DNA of 64,000 bases, taken from positions 213,442 through 277,441 of the forward strand of contig MFEQ01000006.1 in assembly GCA_001777665.1 (NCBI GenBank). Direction: 5' to 3'. Source of the stretch: Candidatus Doudnabacteria bacterium RIFCSPHIGHO2_02_FULL_42_25 (GTDB lineage: Bacteria; Patescibacteriota; Doudnabacteria; UBA920; O2-02-FULL-48-8). The notes under the pieces were generated by a model. That model worked only from the letters and a program-made list of their open reading frames with translations, made no database searches and was not told where the DNA came from. Shown in pieces: positions 1 through 9,898 of this stretch; position 1 is the stretch's first letter; each line of letters opens with the position of its first letter. Both the position numbers and the translations under genes were made by a program.

Positions 1-43
1 TAATTTAGCCGATCGTCAAATTTAGTAAGTATTAACAAATAAA

Positions 44-2008
44 TTAATGGCGCATATTATCTATAATCCTACGGTTGGCAATATACGTGTCTGCTAAAGT
101 TTGCAACTCTTGACGGTTTAATTGGTACTCCACCCCATTGATCCAAACATAAGCTCCATAAGTAGATTCCCTACGACCTTGTGTTCCTCGGTCAGGACCT
201 GCGGTTCTTATGTTTCGCCCATTTGATCGAAACTCAAACCTGACTCTTCCGTGTTCAGGAATATTCGGTGGAGGCATATTGGCTGGTCGTCCACTCATGT
301 CGATATCAGTTCTAGCCACTCTGTTTAAAAGTGTTTGCAAAGCATCTCTATCACGATAAATGTTCATCAGATCGTAATCTCTGGTTCGTGACCTACCTAA
401 CATATTCCTCTCACTCATTAAAGTAGGGGTCATACGCATATAGCGATCAACGACAAAAGCCAAACCATCAACTCGTGCAGCTAACGGCATACTGGGATCA
501 AAATCGAGCTGAACTCTCTGACTTTCTTCGCGTTTGCGCCAATGTCTTGCTCCTCTGACAACTTGTTCGCTGTATTGCGCTTGTGTTTCATCAGTCCCTG
601 AATAGCCTTTGACTACATCGCGACTTGGACGAACCGGATCAAAATGATCTCGTCGAATATTTCTGCCGACACTTCGGGCTTGACCTCGAGTATCACGATC
701 TAAATCTCCTGTACTTGGCACAGGGCCAGGTGTAAATTCAGCATAGACCCCATGAGTATCTCTGTCGGGCAAAGGGATGCGGCCAAGCAAAAGCAACAGA
801 GCTGGCAAAGGTAGAATCAAAACATAACTGCGCTCGTCAGTGGTGATCGTTACAGCAACTTTACGTTTTTCGCCTATGATTTGGTCTAGATCTTTTTTGA
901 TTTCTTCTTGACTGATCGAACCTGCATTGTAGCGTTTAACTAATTCCAATAATCTTGGGTCTTCTGGGCCGTTAGGGCCAATTTTAATTTCAAAGGCATC
1001 ATTGAGAAGTTTATCACGTTCTTCTTTAGATAAATGTTCCTCACCTTTGCCTTGATATTTAATTTCAGATACATCAATCCCTTTATCTTTAAATACTTGC
1101 TGTAAAACATATGCAGCGTTTTCTGCTCGCATTTCTGATAAAGTTTGATTCCGGGGATCATTCGTATCAATGCCCTGGTCTGATTCCGGAGAAGCGAACC
1201 CATCAATTTTTACTTCACTAACTTCCACTGATCCTTGACGACCGATGTTTTTAACTTCATCTTTATGGAAAGATAAACCAATAACTCTGGGTAAAATCTT
1301 TTCTATTAAGGCTTTAGCTTTAATCTCCATATCCTCTTCCATTTTCTTCTGATCAACTGGGCTGGCTTTACTAAAGTCATGTGCGTATTCATAAGGAATA
1401 TCAGCCGCAAAGACAAAAGGTTCGTCTTCGGATCCACCTGTGACTATTCGAGTTGGCAGAGCATGCTCTTTGCCTAATCGAAACTTAATCCCAAATGAAA
1501 GGGGTTCAACAAACATTTTGCCAACATCAGCTAAAGATTCCGGTCGCTTTAGATTATGTTTGAGAAAAAAACCTAATTCGTCATCTTCCACAATGACATG
1601 ATCACCTTCAAACCGAAGAGTCATTGGCGCTGGAATATCTCCTTTTTCTCGAATCACCTTGTATTCTTTTTCCTGCGATTGAAATGCAGATTGAGCTGCC
1701 CCCGCTTCAGCGGTTAAAACCAAGGCTGCCAAACTACCCCTAATAGTAGCCGGCAGTTCTCGAATTCTATGCAATATTGAAGATTTGCTGGCACTAGTTT
1801 CAGCTACTAGTGCAACTTGATCAACTTCTTTAACAATATCCTCTGGCCGTTGCAAATCGGACGCAATTTCTGACTTCAACCCTAAGGACTGTTTTACTGC
1901 CCCAAGCAATTTCGGTACCCGATGCCTTTTACTGCTTTGATTTTCGATCAATGTTTCTGTCTCTTCTCGTGGAACAAACTCACCTTCTGGTATCTTTCGT
2001 CTTTCCAT
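44..2008 (-). CDS. hypothetical protein (654 aa) with an internal hydrophobic segment; bracketed by 32-bp direct repeats
   Basis: Long ORF with no competing frame. I recognise no domain. Nearly identical 32-mers lie at 1..32 and 2031..2062. Confidence 0.5.
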   Translation of the reverse strand: MERRKIPEGEFVPREETETLIENQSSKRHRVPKLLGAVKQSLGLKSEIASDLQRPEDIVKEVDQVALVAETSASKSSILHRIRELPATIRGSLAALVLTAEAGAAQSAFQSQEKEYKVIREKGDIPAPMTLRFEGDHVIVEDDELGFFLKHNLKRPESLADVGKMFVEPLSFGIKFRLGKEHALPTRIVTGGSEDEPFVFAADIPYEYAHDFSKASPVDQKKMEEDMEIKAKALIEKILPRVIGLSFHKDEVKNIGRQGSVEVSEVKIDGFASPESDQGIDTNDPRNQTLSEMRAENAAYVLQQVFKDKGIDVSEIKYQGKGEEHLSKEERDKLLNDAFEIKIGPNGPEDPRLLELVKRYNAGSISQEEIKKDLDQIIGEKRKVAVTITTDERSYVLILPLPALLLLLGRIPLPDRDTHGVYAEFTPGPVPSTGDLDRDTRGQARSVGRNIRRDHFDPVRPSRDVVKGYSGTDETQAQYSEQVVRGARHWRKREESQRVQLDFDPSMPLAARVDGLAFVVDRYMRMTPTLMSERNMLGRSRTRDYDLMNIYRDRDALQTLLNRVARTDIDMSGRPANMPPPNIPEHGRVRFEFRSNGRNIRTAGPDRGTQGRRESTYGAYVWINGVEYQLNRQELQTLADTYIANRRIIDNMRH

Positions 2009-2064
2009 ATACTATTTTGATTAATATTACTAATTTAGCCGATCGTCAAATTTAGCAAGTATGA

Positions 2065-3735
2065 CTATTTAACTATTTCTTGCTTTTCTACTTTTTGATC
2101 TTTAGTCAGATCAAAGACGGAACTTGATAATTTCGAGTTTAGTGGGATGGTGAAGATAAAACTGGAACCCTTTCCTTCACCTTTTGATTCGACCCAAATT
2201 TTACCTTTATGTTGTGCGATAATAACTTTCGCGACATAAAGACCCAGGCCCAACCCTGTGGAATTTTTCGGTGCTCTGTTTCCTCGGTCATATTTCTCAA
2301 ACACATGACTCATCTGATCCTTGGAGACTCCCCGACCAGTATCAGTGACTTTCAGGGTAATTTCCTTATCGTTTTTCGATATCGAAACCGTGACCTTGCC
2401 AGCTGGGGTATATTTAATGGCATTATCAACTAAATTATTTATAACCTGCCGTAATTTTTCTTTATCAGCAGTGAGTTCAGGCATAGCTTCTTTAGGTTTT
2501 TCGTAGACTAATTCGATTTTCTTCATTTCAGCCTGGGGTAATAACTGATCCACAGTGATCTGGGTAATTTCAGCTAAGTTCGTAGGTTGAAATATAAATT
2601 CCAATTTTCCTCGTTCGATACGAGAGGCATTAAGTAAATCATCTATAAGGGCCACCATGGAATTATTCGTCATCATGGTTTTCCGTAACTGTTCATGAAC
2701 AGATGGATCCATCTTTCCATAATCACCATCGAGAATAGACGCCAGATACCACTTGATGGTTGCGGGTGGAGTTCGAAGTTGATGTGAAGCAATCGTAATA
2801 AAGTCCGCCCTCGCTTTATCCAAAATCTTCAACTTCTCATTCGCCGCCTCTAATTGTTTGTCCAAAATCTCAAGCTGTTGGCGCTGCTTAACTTCTCTAT
2901 TGACACCACGTACCAGAAGAATTCCGACTATCGAAGTTCCTATCAACACAAGAAAATTTGTTACATATTGCCCGACGGAAGTAGTGTTAACTAGTTGAAT
3001 AACGAGAATCAAATTCAACAAAATAACAGCCAGCTCAGCCAAGAGAGCTTTGATGTTTAATAATTTATGTCTAATCATTGCGTAAACTGTAAAAAGTACA
3101 AAAGGTAATGTATAAATATGGCCGAAATTAACATATTTGGTCTGATCGGTCACTACAGCAAGAATAAAATTAAAAGTTAATACAAGGACAAAGGTTAAAA
3201 ACAAACCTATTCCGATGAGCCTCCACTGAATTCGCTCTATCCCCTTTGCAAAATGCCAAGATTTAACTATATGAACAAAAGCTAAAATTATAAAAGTAAA
3301 TGCATAGATCCCGAACAGAGCCATTCCAATTCCTGCGATGGGTGTGATTATGCCATTTTTAACTTCCGTATGAGTAAATAAAAACGGCGATCTTGCTAGC
3401 AAAACAAAAATACCTACTAAAATAACTAAACTCCAAGAATAACTTCTACTGATTATATCTTTTTTATTCAAGAAAGAATGAATAAAAAGAAAAAATAGTA
3501 TTGGATGCGGTACCGCAGCGGCAATTGTCCATCGTGCCATACTTAGAATAGTATCCGGGTTACTACGTGCCGCAAAATAGTTAACCATTATCCAAATCGT
3601 CTGTGATAGTCCAAACAAAATAAATAATAACCTGCTTCGATCTTTCGGTGCATAACGGAACACAATCAATACCAAAGTAACATTGGCAATCAATGCTGTT
3701 ACAAATACAGGAAATTCTAATTCTACTAGATTCAT
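2065..3735 (-). CDS. sensor histidine kinase with N-terminal 7TM domain
   Basis: About seven N-terminal TM helices. HisKA H-box IASHQLRTPPATIKW. HATPase_c motifs NLVDNAIKYT, DTGRGV and GLGLGLYVAK. A 4-bp overlap with the upstream gene indicates an operon. Confidence 0.85.
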   Translation of the reverse strand: MNLVELEFPVFVTALIANVTLVLIVFRYAPKDRSRLLFILFGLSQTIWIMVNYFAARSNPDTILSMARWTIAAAVPHPILFFLFIHSFLNKKDIISRSYSWSLVILVGIFVLLARSPFLFTHTEVKNGIITPIAGIGMALFGIYAFTFIILAFVHIVKSWHFAKGIERIQWRLIGIGLFLTFVLVLTFNFILAVVTDQTKYVNFGHIYTLPFVLFTVYAMIRHKLLNIKALLAELAVILLNLILVIQLVNTTSVGQYVTNFLVLIGTSIVGILLVRGVNREVKQRQQLEILDKQLEAANEKLKILDKARADFITIASHQLRTPPATIKWYLASILDGDYGKMDPSVHEQLRKTMMTNNSMVALIDDLLNASRIERGKLEFIFQPTNLAEITQITVDQLLPQAEMKKIELVYEKPKEAMPELTADKEKLRQVINNLVDNAIKYTPAGKVTVSISKNDKEITLKVTDTGRGVSKDQMSHVFEKYDRGNRAPKNSTGLGLGLYVAKVIIAQHKGKIWVESKGEGKGSSFIFTIPLNSKLSSSVFDLTKDQKVEKQEIVK

Positions 3736-4793
3736 ATATTGCCGATTATTACTGGTGATCTTTTAATTGACCCGGCTGATGGTGGGTCAGCATAGCCAAG
3801 TCGAAAAATCATTATAGGGATCTCATCCGAAGACAGAGAAAAAATTTGACGAATCTTATTTTCGGCGTTTTTGATTAAATCCATCTGTTTGGGCAAAAAT
3901 TCGCTCGTATCTCCACCGTTTATTCGCTGGGCTAAAAATAAAATTGCCGCCACTGGCTGCATACTTAAACCAAGTCCAGTGCCAGTCAACCAAACTCTTT
4001 GAAAAAACCTACCAGCTAATATAAGCTGATCTTCACTAAGCCCAGCTGTTGCGATAATTCCGTAAGCCGGGGTAGATGCATAGAGCTTTGCAGAATCTTT
4101 GGAAACCATTTTTGACACGCCGAAATGATTCAAAAAATTAATTATTTGCCAATTTCTAAAAAGTTTAAAAGCCTTTTCTTGAAGTGGAGCTAATTCTAGA
4201 GTCTTAATATACATTCCATTTTTGGTTTTATCTTCATCTGTTTTTGACCATCGGATATATTTAAATAATCCATCATGAATTTTTTTATTTTCAAGTATAA
4301 GTCTCTCATTTAGATTTAGTGTACTACTTAACGCTTTTATTGCTACCGGGTCTTCCAAAATAAAATATTTTTTTATATTGTTTTCTCTCGGTACATTCAA
4401 TAAAATATTTAAATCCTCAGGCGGAATGGACTTACTTAGATATGGCTTCCGGTTGGTCACCCGTAGTGGAATTTGCTTTGCTTGGTTACTATCTCTTTTA
4501 TCACTAGGCAAGAACGTTACCTCGGCAATCAGTCCCGAAATGTTTTCTTCGGGGAATAATTTTATGGCAGTTTCAAAACCTGTAACGCCTGCTAAAATTT
4601 TAATATTTTCTATTAGTGCACCAATCCCTATATAAGAGCCTCTTTCTTCAAAGTTATAAAAGCTATCGTCAGCACCAAAAACGATATAGACAAAAACTCC
4701 ATTATCTTTCAATTTGAACTTCCATGGTTGAGAATTATCACCGGAAGGGGCCAACACAGCTTGATTTAATATTTGTTTTATAATTTCTCTCAT
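3732..4793 (-). CDS. nitroreductase-superfamily protein with duplicated domain (SagB/Acg-like)
   Basis: N-terminal APSGDNSQPW motif typical of nitroreductase/SagB-type FMN enzymes. The approx 350-aa length is consistent with a tandem nitroreductase fold. Confidence 0.65.
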   Translation of the reverse strand: MREIIKQILNQAVLAPSGDNSQPWKFKLKDNGVFVYIVFGADDSFYNFEERGSYIGIGALIENIKILAGVTGFETAIKLFPEENISGLIAEVTFLPSDKRDSNQAKQIPLRVTNRKPYLSKSIPPEDLNILLNVPRENNIKKYFILEDPVAIKALSSTLNLNERLILENKKIHDGLFKYIRWSKTDEDKTKNGMYIKTLELAPLQEKAFKLFRNWQIINFLNHFGVSKMVSKDSAKLYASTPAYGIIATAGLSEDQLILAGRFFQRVWLTGTGLGLSMQPVAAILFLAQRINGGDTSEFLPKQMDLIKNAENKIRQIFSLSSDEIPIMIFRLGYADPPSAGSIKRSPVIIGNI

Positions 4794-4794
4794 T

Positions 4795-6231
4795 TTATGT
4801 AAGAACCATCCTGGCTTTTTTGCCCTTCGTATTTAATAATCCAGCAATTTTTCCTGTTTCAGCTAATCTACCATATGGTTCTAGTTTTACTTGGGGTTGC
4901 GCCTTGGTACCGATTGCAGAATATAGTTTCCGATATTCGATACTTAATTCACTCAATTTTGAAGAAATAGTATCGACAATTAAATTTAACATTCTTGGAT
5001 TCGCTTTAGTTTTCTCTGCCAACTCCAGTTTTAGGTGGAGCTTTTGATTTTTTTGATTTTTTGAATTTTGATTATAAGCCAAATAATTACCAGTTAAATA
5101 TTTCGAAATCTTTCTATCTTCAAGACTTGTTTGTAAATTTTCAGGATAAACGTTTATTGCATAAAAAGTCACAGCGACATCAGTACGACCTTTTTTTACA
5201 AAAAAAGGCATCTTCCAAAATTGGAGGCCGTGTTCCTTGGCCTTATTAAGCAAACCTAGCTTTTTAAGTTTGTCTTGCATTTCATTATAAGGAATAATAG
5301 CCCCTTGATCATGAATATTGTATCTAATTAATGGGATGCTGGTTTTTGTTGTAATCAACAACTCATCATTCACTACTTCGAAATATGTAAGATATGGATC
5401 GTATTGCATCAAAGCCGGCTCGACTACTTCTTGCTCAAAAACTTGTTTATACAAAGCTGGGTTCTTCAGAGCTTCTTCACGGATATAAATACTGATTGGG
5501 GTTTCATGTCCTAACGCCCCGGTGTCCGCAGAACCATAGATACTTATAATATTTTTTTTAGAATTGATTCCGAGTAAATCAAGTAGACTCCGACGCCATT
5601 CTTCCGTAAATTTATCCCCCGCCGTAATGACAAAAGTATTTTTAGAAAACTTTATTTTTGCCTTCCTTGCATCATTGACTATGTCCATAACAAATGGAGG
5701 ATAACCTGCAATTACTATGTTTTTGAAATGAGGTCCGAGTATTCGCAAAGAATTAATTATATCGATTTTTTCAATTCCTGGTGTAATTGTGGATAAATTA
5801 AATCCTTTTCTAGAAAGATTTCTGCAACAAGCCAGAGTATAATTGCCTGCCACCCAAAGTCCCATAGCAAAACAAATAACTACCAAGGTCGAATCGTCTT
5901 TTTTTATCCTAAAAATATCAGTAAAAATCTTTTCATGAAATTTTCCCCCAATCTTCTCTTGATCATCACCACGGAACCAGAAAGTCGGCTTGCCGGATGA
6001 ACCTGAACTAGCGTAAATCATTGGAGCAATTTTATCTTTAGAAAAAAAACGATTAAAAGGATATTGATAAAGATAATTTTTCTTTTCCATTATCGGAACC
6101 TGCTCAAATTCTCTATGACTTTTCACCTTTGAGGGATTGAAATGATGGCGAGAAATAAAATCTTTGTAAGACGGTACCTCTTTGGCAGCATCTCTAAAAA
6201 TTCTTATTGCATTTTTTAATCCTTGTCTCAT
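4795..6231 (-). CDS. adenylate-forming enzyme, phenylacetate-CoA ligase (PaaK/CapK/F390 synthetase) family
   Basis: AMP-binding P-loop-like SSGSSGKPT. Length and overall architecture fit the PaaK family. Packed tightly between neighbours. Confidence 0.7.
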   Translation of the reverse strand: MRQGLKNAIRIFRDAAKEVPSYKDFISRHHFNPSKVKSHREFEQVPIMEKKNYLYQYPFNRFFSKDKIAPMIYASSGSSGKPTFWFRGDDQEKIGGKFHEKIFTDIFRIKKDDSTLVVICFAMGLWVAGNYTLACCRNLSRKGFNLSTITPGIEKIDIINSLRILGPHFKNIVIAGYPPFVMDIVNDARKAKIKFSKNTFVITAGDKFTEEWRRSLLDLLGINSKKNIISIYGSADTGALGHETPISIYIREEALKNPALYKQVFEQEVVEPALMQYDPYLTYFEVVNDELLITTKTSIPLIRYNIHDQGAIIPYNEMQDKLKKLGLLNKAKEHGLQFWKMPFFVKKGRTDVAVTFYAINVYPENLQTSLEDRKISKYLTGNYLAYNQNSKNQKNQKLHLKLELAEKTKANPRMLNLIVDTISSKLSELSIEYRKLYSAIGTKAQPQVKLEPYGRLAETGKIAGLLNTKGKKARMVLT

Positions 6232-6234
6232 TTG

Positions 6235-7323
6235 TTATTTAAATTGAGATCTGAATAGTTCTGTTTTTTGTTTCCTAACTTCTCGATTCTTTTCATTATT
6301 ATAATCTGGTATTAATTTCTCCTCGAGACTTATTTGATATCGCCCAGATGGCATGATTTGATGATTGGCAATCTTTCGTACGACGTATCCTACAGCAGCA
6401 CCTGCGACATTTGCGGTTGAACCAAGTTGCGGCACGGCCGAAATACTCTTACCTATTTCAGAAACAGATTCCTGCATACTCTCACTTAAAAATTCAGGAC
6501 CAACAATTTTAGTTGCTAGTTTCAACCATGAGTGAAAATCAAGTTTTGTTACCTGTTCTAGGGTAATATCCACCAAACCATGGAAGATCGGACGCTCGGG
6601 CTCCAAATCGAATCTTTCCACATCGAGTATAACACCGTCACCGTTATCCGTAGCCATAAGTACAGGAATTTTTCTATTTTTGCAATAAAACCGTGCCAAT
6701 ATCTTTAAATCGATGCTATCCATCTCATCAATAAAAACTTCAATTTTCGGATTACCTAGAAATTCTAGTAGGTTATCTTTGGTTAAACCCTTACTGTAAA
6801 CATTTAATTCTGCGAAAGGATCAAGTTCCCAAATCCAGTCTGCTGCGATTTCTGTTTTATTGCGCCCCAAATCAAGCAAATTTGAATTTATTCTGTTTAA
6901 ATTCGTAAATTCTAAATTATCATAATCAGCAATGCTCATGGTCTTTGGACCACCAGTCCTAACCAAGGCATTTATAATCGATGAGCCGACCGAAAGACCT
7001 GCAACACCAACTTTAATATTTCGAAAATTTGTCTGTTCCTCAGAAGTAATAACTAATTTATTTCGAGCAGTTCTTAACTGAAAATAATAGTCTTCAGGTA
7101 AAATGTGTATAGCTTTTTTATGATCGGAATAATACACCCAAATTCCCTGTATTTTATTCTCCGTTAAAAAATTATCTAAAGCGTCTTGGTATCCTGAATA
7201 GCTTTTTTTGTATTGAGGATTTTGAACAAAAAATAATTCTTCCAATCCAGATGAAAAAACATCGATTATTTCTGCATCTTTTGGAACTTCTGATCTACTA
7301 TTGTAAAATTTCGGTTGCCCCAT
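6235..7323 (-). CDS. ThiF/MoeB/HesA-family E1-like protein
   Basis: Rossmann motif VGVAGLSVGSSIINAL after an approx 100-aa N-terminal domain. E1-like size. Confidence 0.65.
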   Translation of the reverse strand: MGQPKFYNSRSEVPKDAEIIDVFSSGLEELFFVQNPQYKKSYSGYQDALDNFLTENKIQGIWVYYSDHKKAIHILPEDYYFQLRTARNKLVITSEEQTNFRNIKVGVAGLSVGSSIINALVRTGGPKTMSIADYDNLEFTNLNRINSNLLDLGRNKTEIAADWIWELDPFAELNVYSKGLTKDNLLEFLGNPKIEVFIDEMDSIDLKILARFYCKNRKIPVLMATDNGDGVILDVERFDLEPERPIFHGLVDITLEQVTKLDFHSWLKLATKIVGPEFLSESMQESVSEIGKSISAVPQLGSTANVAGAAVGYVVRKIANHQIMPSGRYQISLEEKLIPDYNNEKNREVRKQKTELFRSQFK

Positions 7324-7337
7324 CGGCCTTTTAGAAT

Positions 7338-8885
7338 TTATCCATTAGCGAAGCTTTTAAAATATTCAACCAACGCAGAAAGTTCTTTTGTTAGTGAACG
7401 GTCTTCGATAACTGTCGCTACTTTCTCGCGAACTTTATTGTACATTTCGTGCGTCGATTTCGCTAGCTTTTCTTGAAATTGCAAAAAATCAACTGCTTGA
7501 GCTAAAGTTACAGCTTCAATAGTAGTAACTATATAAGTGTTTTCCACTACTTTATCCAATATCAACGAGGCATCGGTACCCATGCTCACAACATCTTGAT
7601 TATCGGCGTTTGTCGGAATAGAATGAATGCTATGGGGAAAAGCATAGGACTGATTTTGGGCGGTAGTTGAAGTAGCGACAAATTGTAATCCTTGAAGTGC
7701 TAAGGTTAACCCAGGCTTATTTAGGTTAAGAAACGGCGGGAAAAATTTGTTTATGCTTTGGTTCATAAAGAAATTTATCCGTCTTTCGGAAAGAATCGAA
7801 AGTTTAACCAGAGACATTTTTATCTGATCAACGGTAACAGCTATGTAGTCCCCATGAAAATTCCCTCCATGTAAAAATTCTTTGTGCTCCCTGTCTAGAA
7901 CCGGATTATCCGTCACCGAATTGATTTCAATTTCTATAACTTGAAGGCTATTTGTAACTGTCTCCAAAATCGGACCAAGTATTTGGGGAGTACAACGGAA
8001 AGAGTAAACTTCTTGTACGAAATCAGAAATCTGGTGAACAGTATCAGTAATCTTATTATTCCTATTCAAACTGTCTCGTTTTCGTAAAAGCTGACTTGTT
8101 TCAAGTAGTTCTCGTAAACTTTTGGCTATCTCTATTTGTCCAGGGTGAGGACGAAGGTTATGCAATTCTTTCGAGATTCCGTCATTGTAAGCTTGTATCA
8201 ATTCTAAAGATAGTGCGCTGTTTTTAATTTCTATGTTTAACAAATTTTTTGCGTGCATCCATAGTATCGATGCGATTCCAGACATCACAGAGGTTCCATT
8301 GATTAAGGCCAGACCTTCTTTCGGTTTTAATTTATACGGCTCTATTCCTAATTCCTTAATCACATCTATAGCTTGTCGACGTTTACCTTTATAATCAACT
8401 TCCCCTTCTCCGATTATGGCTAATGCAATATGCGCCAATTGCACTAAGTCACCACTGGTGCCCACCGCGCCGTGAGTTGGAATAACTGGTGCAATTCTCT
8501 CATTTAAGTAAAGTACTAGTCTTTCGATTAATTCGACTGAAACGCAGGAATATCCCTTTGATAGAGTATTAAGTCGCACTAACATAGCGGCAAATACAAA
8601 ATCTTGTCTTAAAGGTTCACCCATTCCAGTAGCGTGGCTACGAATCAAATTTGTCTGTAAATCTATGAGCTGTTCCTTGCCGATTAAATATGAAGCCATT
8701 GGACCCAATCCAGTATTGACGCCGTAAATTACTGTGTCCCTCAGTTTACTAGCCAAAAACTCATAAGAACTTTTAATTGAAGCGAATACAGACTTCGATA
8801 GCTTAACTTTTACAGTACTGTCTGTCACAAATCTAAATATATCCACAGCTCGTAATCCCTCGCCGTTTATTTCAAGACTATTCAT
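7338..8885 (-). CDS. aromatic amino acid ammonia-lyase/aminomutase (HAL/PAL family, MIO-dependent)
   Basis: GVNTGLG and GTSGDL(V)QLAHIA motifs, with TSG in the position of the MIO-forming ASG triad. 515 aa. Confidence 0.8.
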   Translation of the reverse strand: MNSLEINGEGLRAVDIFRFVTDSTVKVKLSKSVFASIKSSYEFLASKLRDTVIYGVNTGLGPMASYLIGKEQLIDLQTNLIRSHATGMGEPLRQDFVFAAMLVRLNTLSKGYSCVSVELIERLVLYLNERIAPVIPTHGAVGTSGDLVQLAHIALAIIGEGEVDYKGKRRQAIDVIKELGIEPYKLKPKEGLALINGTSVMSGIASILWMHAKNLLNIEIKNSALSLELIQAYNDGISKELHNLRPHPGQIEIAKSLRELLETSQLLRKRDSLNRNNKITDTVHQISDFVQEVYSFRCTPQILGPILETVTNSLQVIEIEINSVTDNPVLDREHKEFLHGGNFHGDYIAVTVDQIKMSLVKLSILSERRINFFMNQSINKFFPPFLNLNKPGLTLALQGLQFVATSTTAQNQSYAFPHSIHSIPTNADNQDVVSMGTDASLILDKVVENTYIVTTIEAVTLAQAVDFLQFQEKLAKSTHEMYNKVREKVATVIEDRSLTKELSALVEYFKSFANG

Positions 8886-8937
8886 ATTTTACTTATTTAT
8901 ATTGAATTTACCTTCTTATTATACTGATTATCAATAA

Positions 8938-8982
8938 ATAAATCAAATTAAAACACCCTCCGAAAAATGATAACTGGAGGGT
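8938..8982 (-). terminator. rho-independent terminator after the RHS-immunity unit
   Basis: Stem ACCCTCC/GGAGGGT with a U-rich tract on the minus strand. Confidence 0.5.
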
Positions 8983-9088
8983 AAAAAACAATTAGGACTA
9001 CTAAATTTCTTAGCTTATTTTGAAAAATAATCCATAATTAATGCAACTAACATCCACGAAAATAAAATTGTACCCGTTGCTTTTTTGT

Positions 9089-9448
9089 TCATTTAATTCG
9101 CCAATAATAAAGTTTTGTTAGGTCTTCTGGATAGGAATCTCCATAATCTAATCCTGGTTTCTTAACTTCGAAATTATCACGTTCTGTGAGCTGTCTCCAA
9201 GTTGAATCCATTTTATATTTTTTTGGACTAGCCTTAAAGAGCAATCTCATTAGAATATTGTAAGTACTATATCCAATTCTAGCAAAGTTCTTCTGAGCTT
9301 GAATCAAGCTAACATTATTAGCGCCCAATGTGCTAGGAAATCTAAGTTGCCCTTCGTCATCTTCCCATCCACAAACTGAACAAGTGTCGTACGACCCTGG
9401 GGGATTATTGAAAGTTAAATAACCACACGCTGGACAAGTATATTGCAT
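9089..9448 (-). CDS. CPCC-family cysteine-rich protein
   Basis: N-terminal CPACGY...CSVCGWEDD motif characteristic of the Cys_rich_CPCC family. Confidence 0.55.
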   Translation of the reverse strand: MQYTCPACGYLTFNNPPGSYDTCSVCGWEDDEGQLRFPSTLGANNVSLIQAQKNFARIGYSTYNILMRLLFKASPKKYKMDSTWRQLTERDNFEVKKPGLDYGDSYPEDLTKLYYWRIK

Positions 9449-9464
9449 GTTTATTTTTTATTCG

Positions 9465-9887
9465 CTAGTCCAGAGACAAAGCTCTTGTCTCTCTAGACTT
9501 CTCTACCAAATAAGATCTCGATAAATAGATGGCAAATATTGCCCACCAAACTAAAATAAACGGATTTGGTACTTGTGAAATTTGATAAGCTTTATCCAAG
9601 GTTATTATTACTAAAGCAATAATCATTGCTGCTTTTTTACCTTTGAAGATAAAATACGCTAAAGGTAAATAAATAACCAAAGCCAAACCAGCTGTCATAA
9701 CATCTATCGAACCTCTTAGAAATCCTATCAATGTAATAATTAATGAAAGTATTAACAAGATAACCGAAATTCCTCTATAGGACTGCCTAAACTTCAGGTC
9801 ATTATACTTATCGACTTGGATTCTAATCTCATCTTCACTTAGCCTAAGCAATCCCACCTTGTTTTTCTTTTCTGTAATGTTGCTCAT
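9465..9887 (-). CDS. small integral membrane protein, hypothetical
   Basis: 140 aa with 3-4 predicted TM helices. Lies in the RHS downstream unit. Confidence 0.45.
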   Translation of the reverse strand: MSNITEKKNKVGLLRLSEDEIRIQVDKYNDLKFRQSYRGISVILLILSLIITLIGFLRGSIDVMTAGLALVIYLPLAYFIFKGKKAAMIIALVIITLDKAYQISQVPNPFILVWWAIFAIYLSRSYLVEKSRETRALSLD

Positions 9888-9898
9888 ATTGTTCTACC

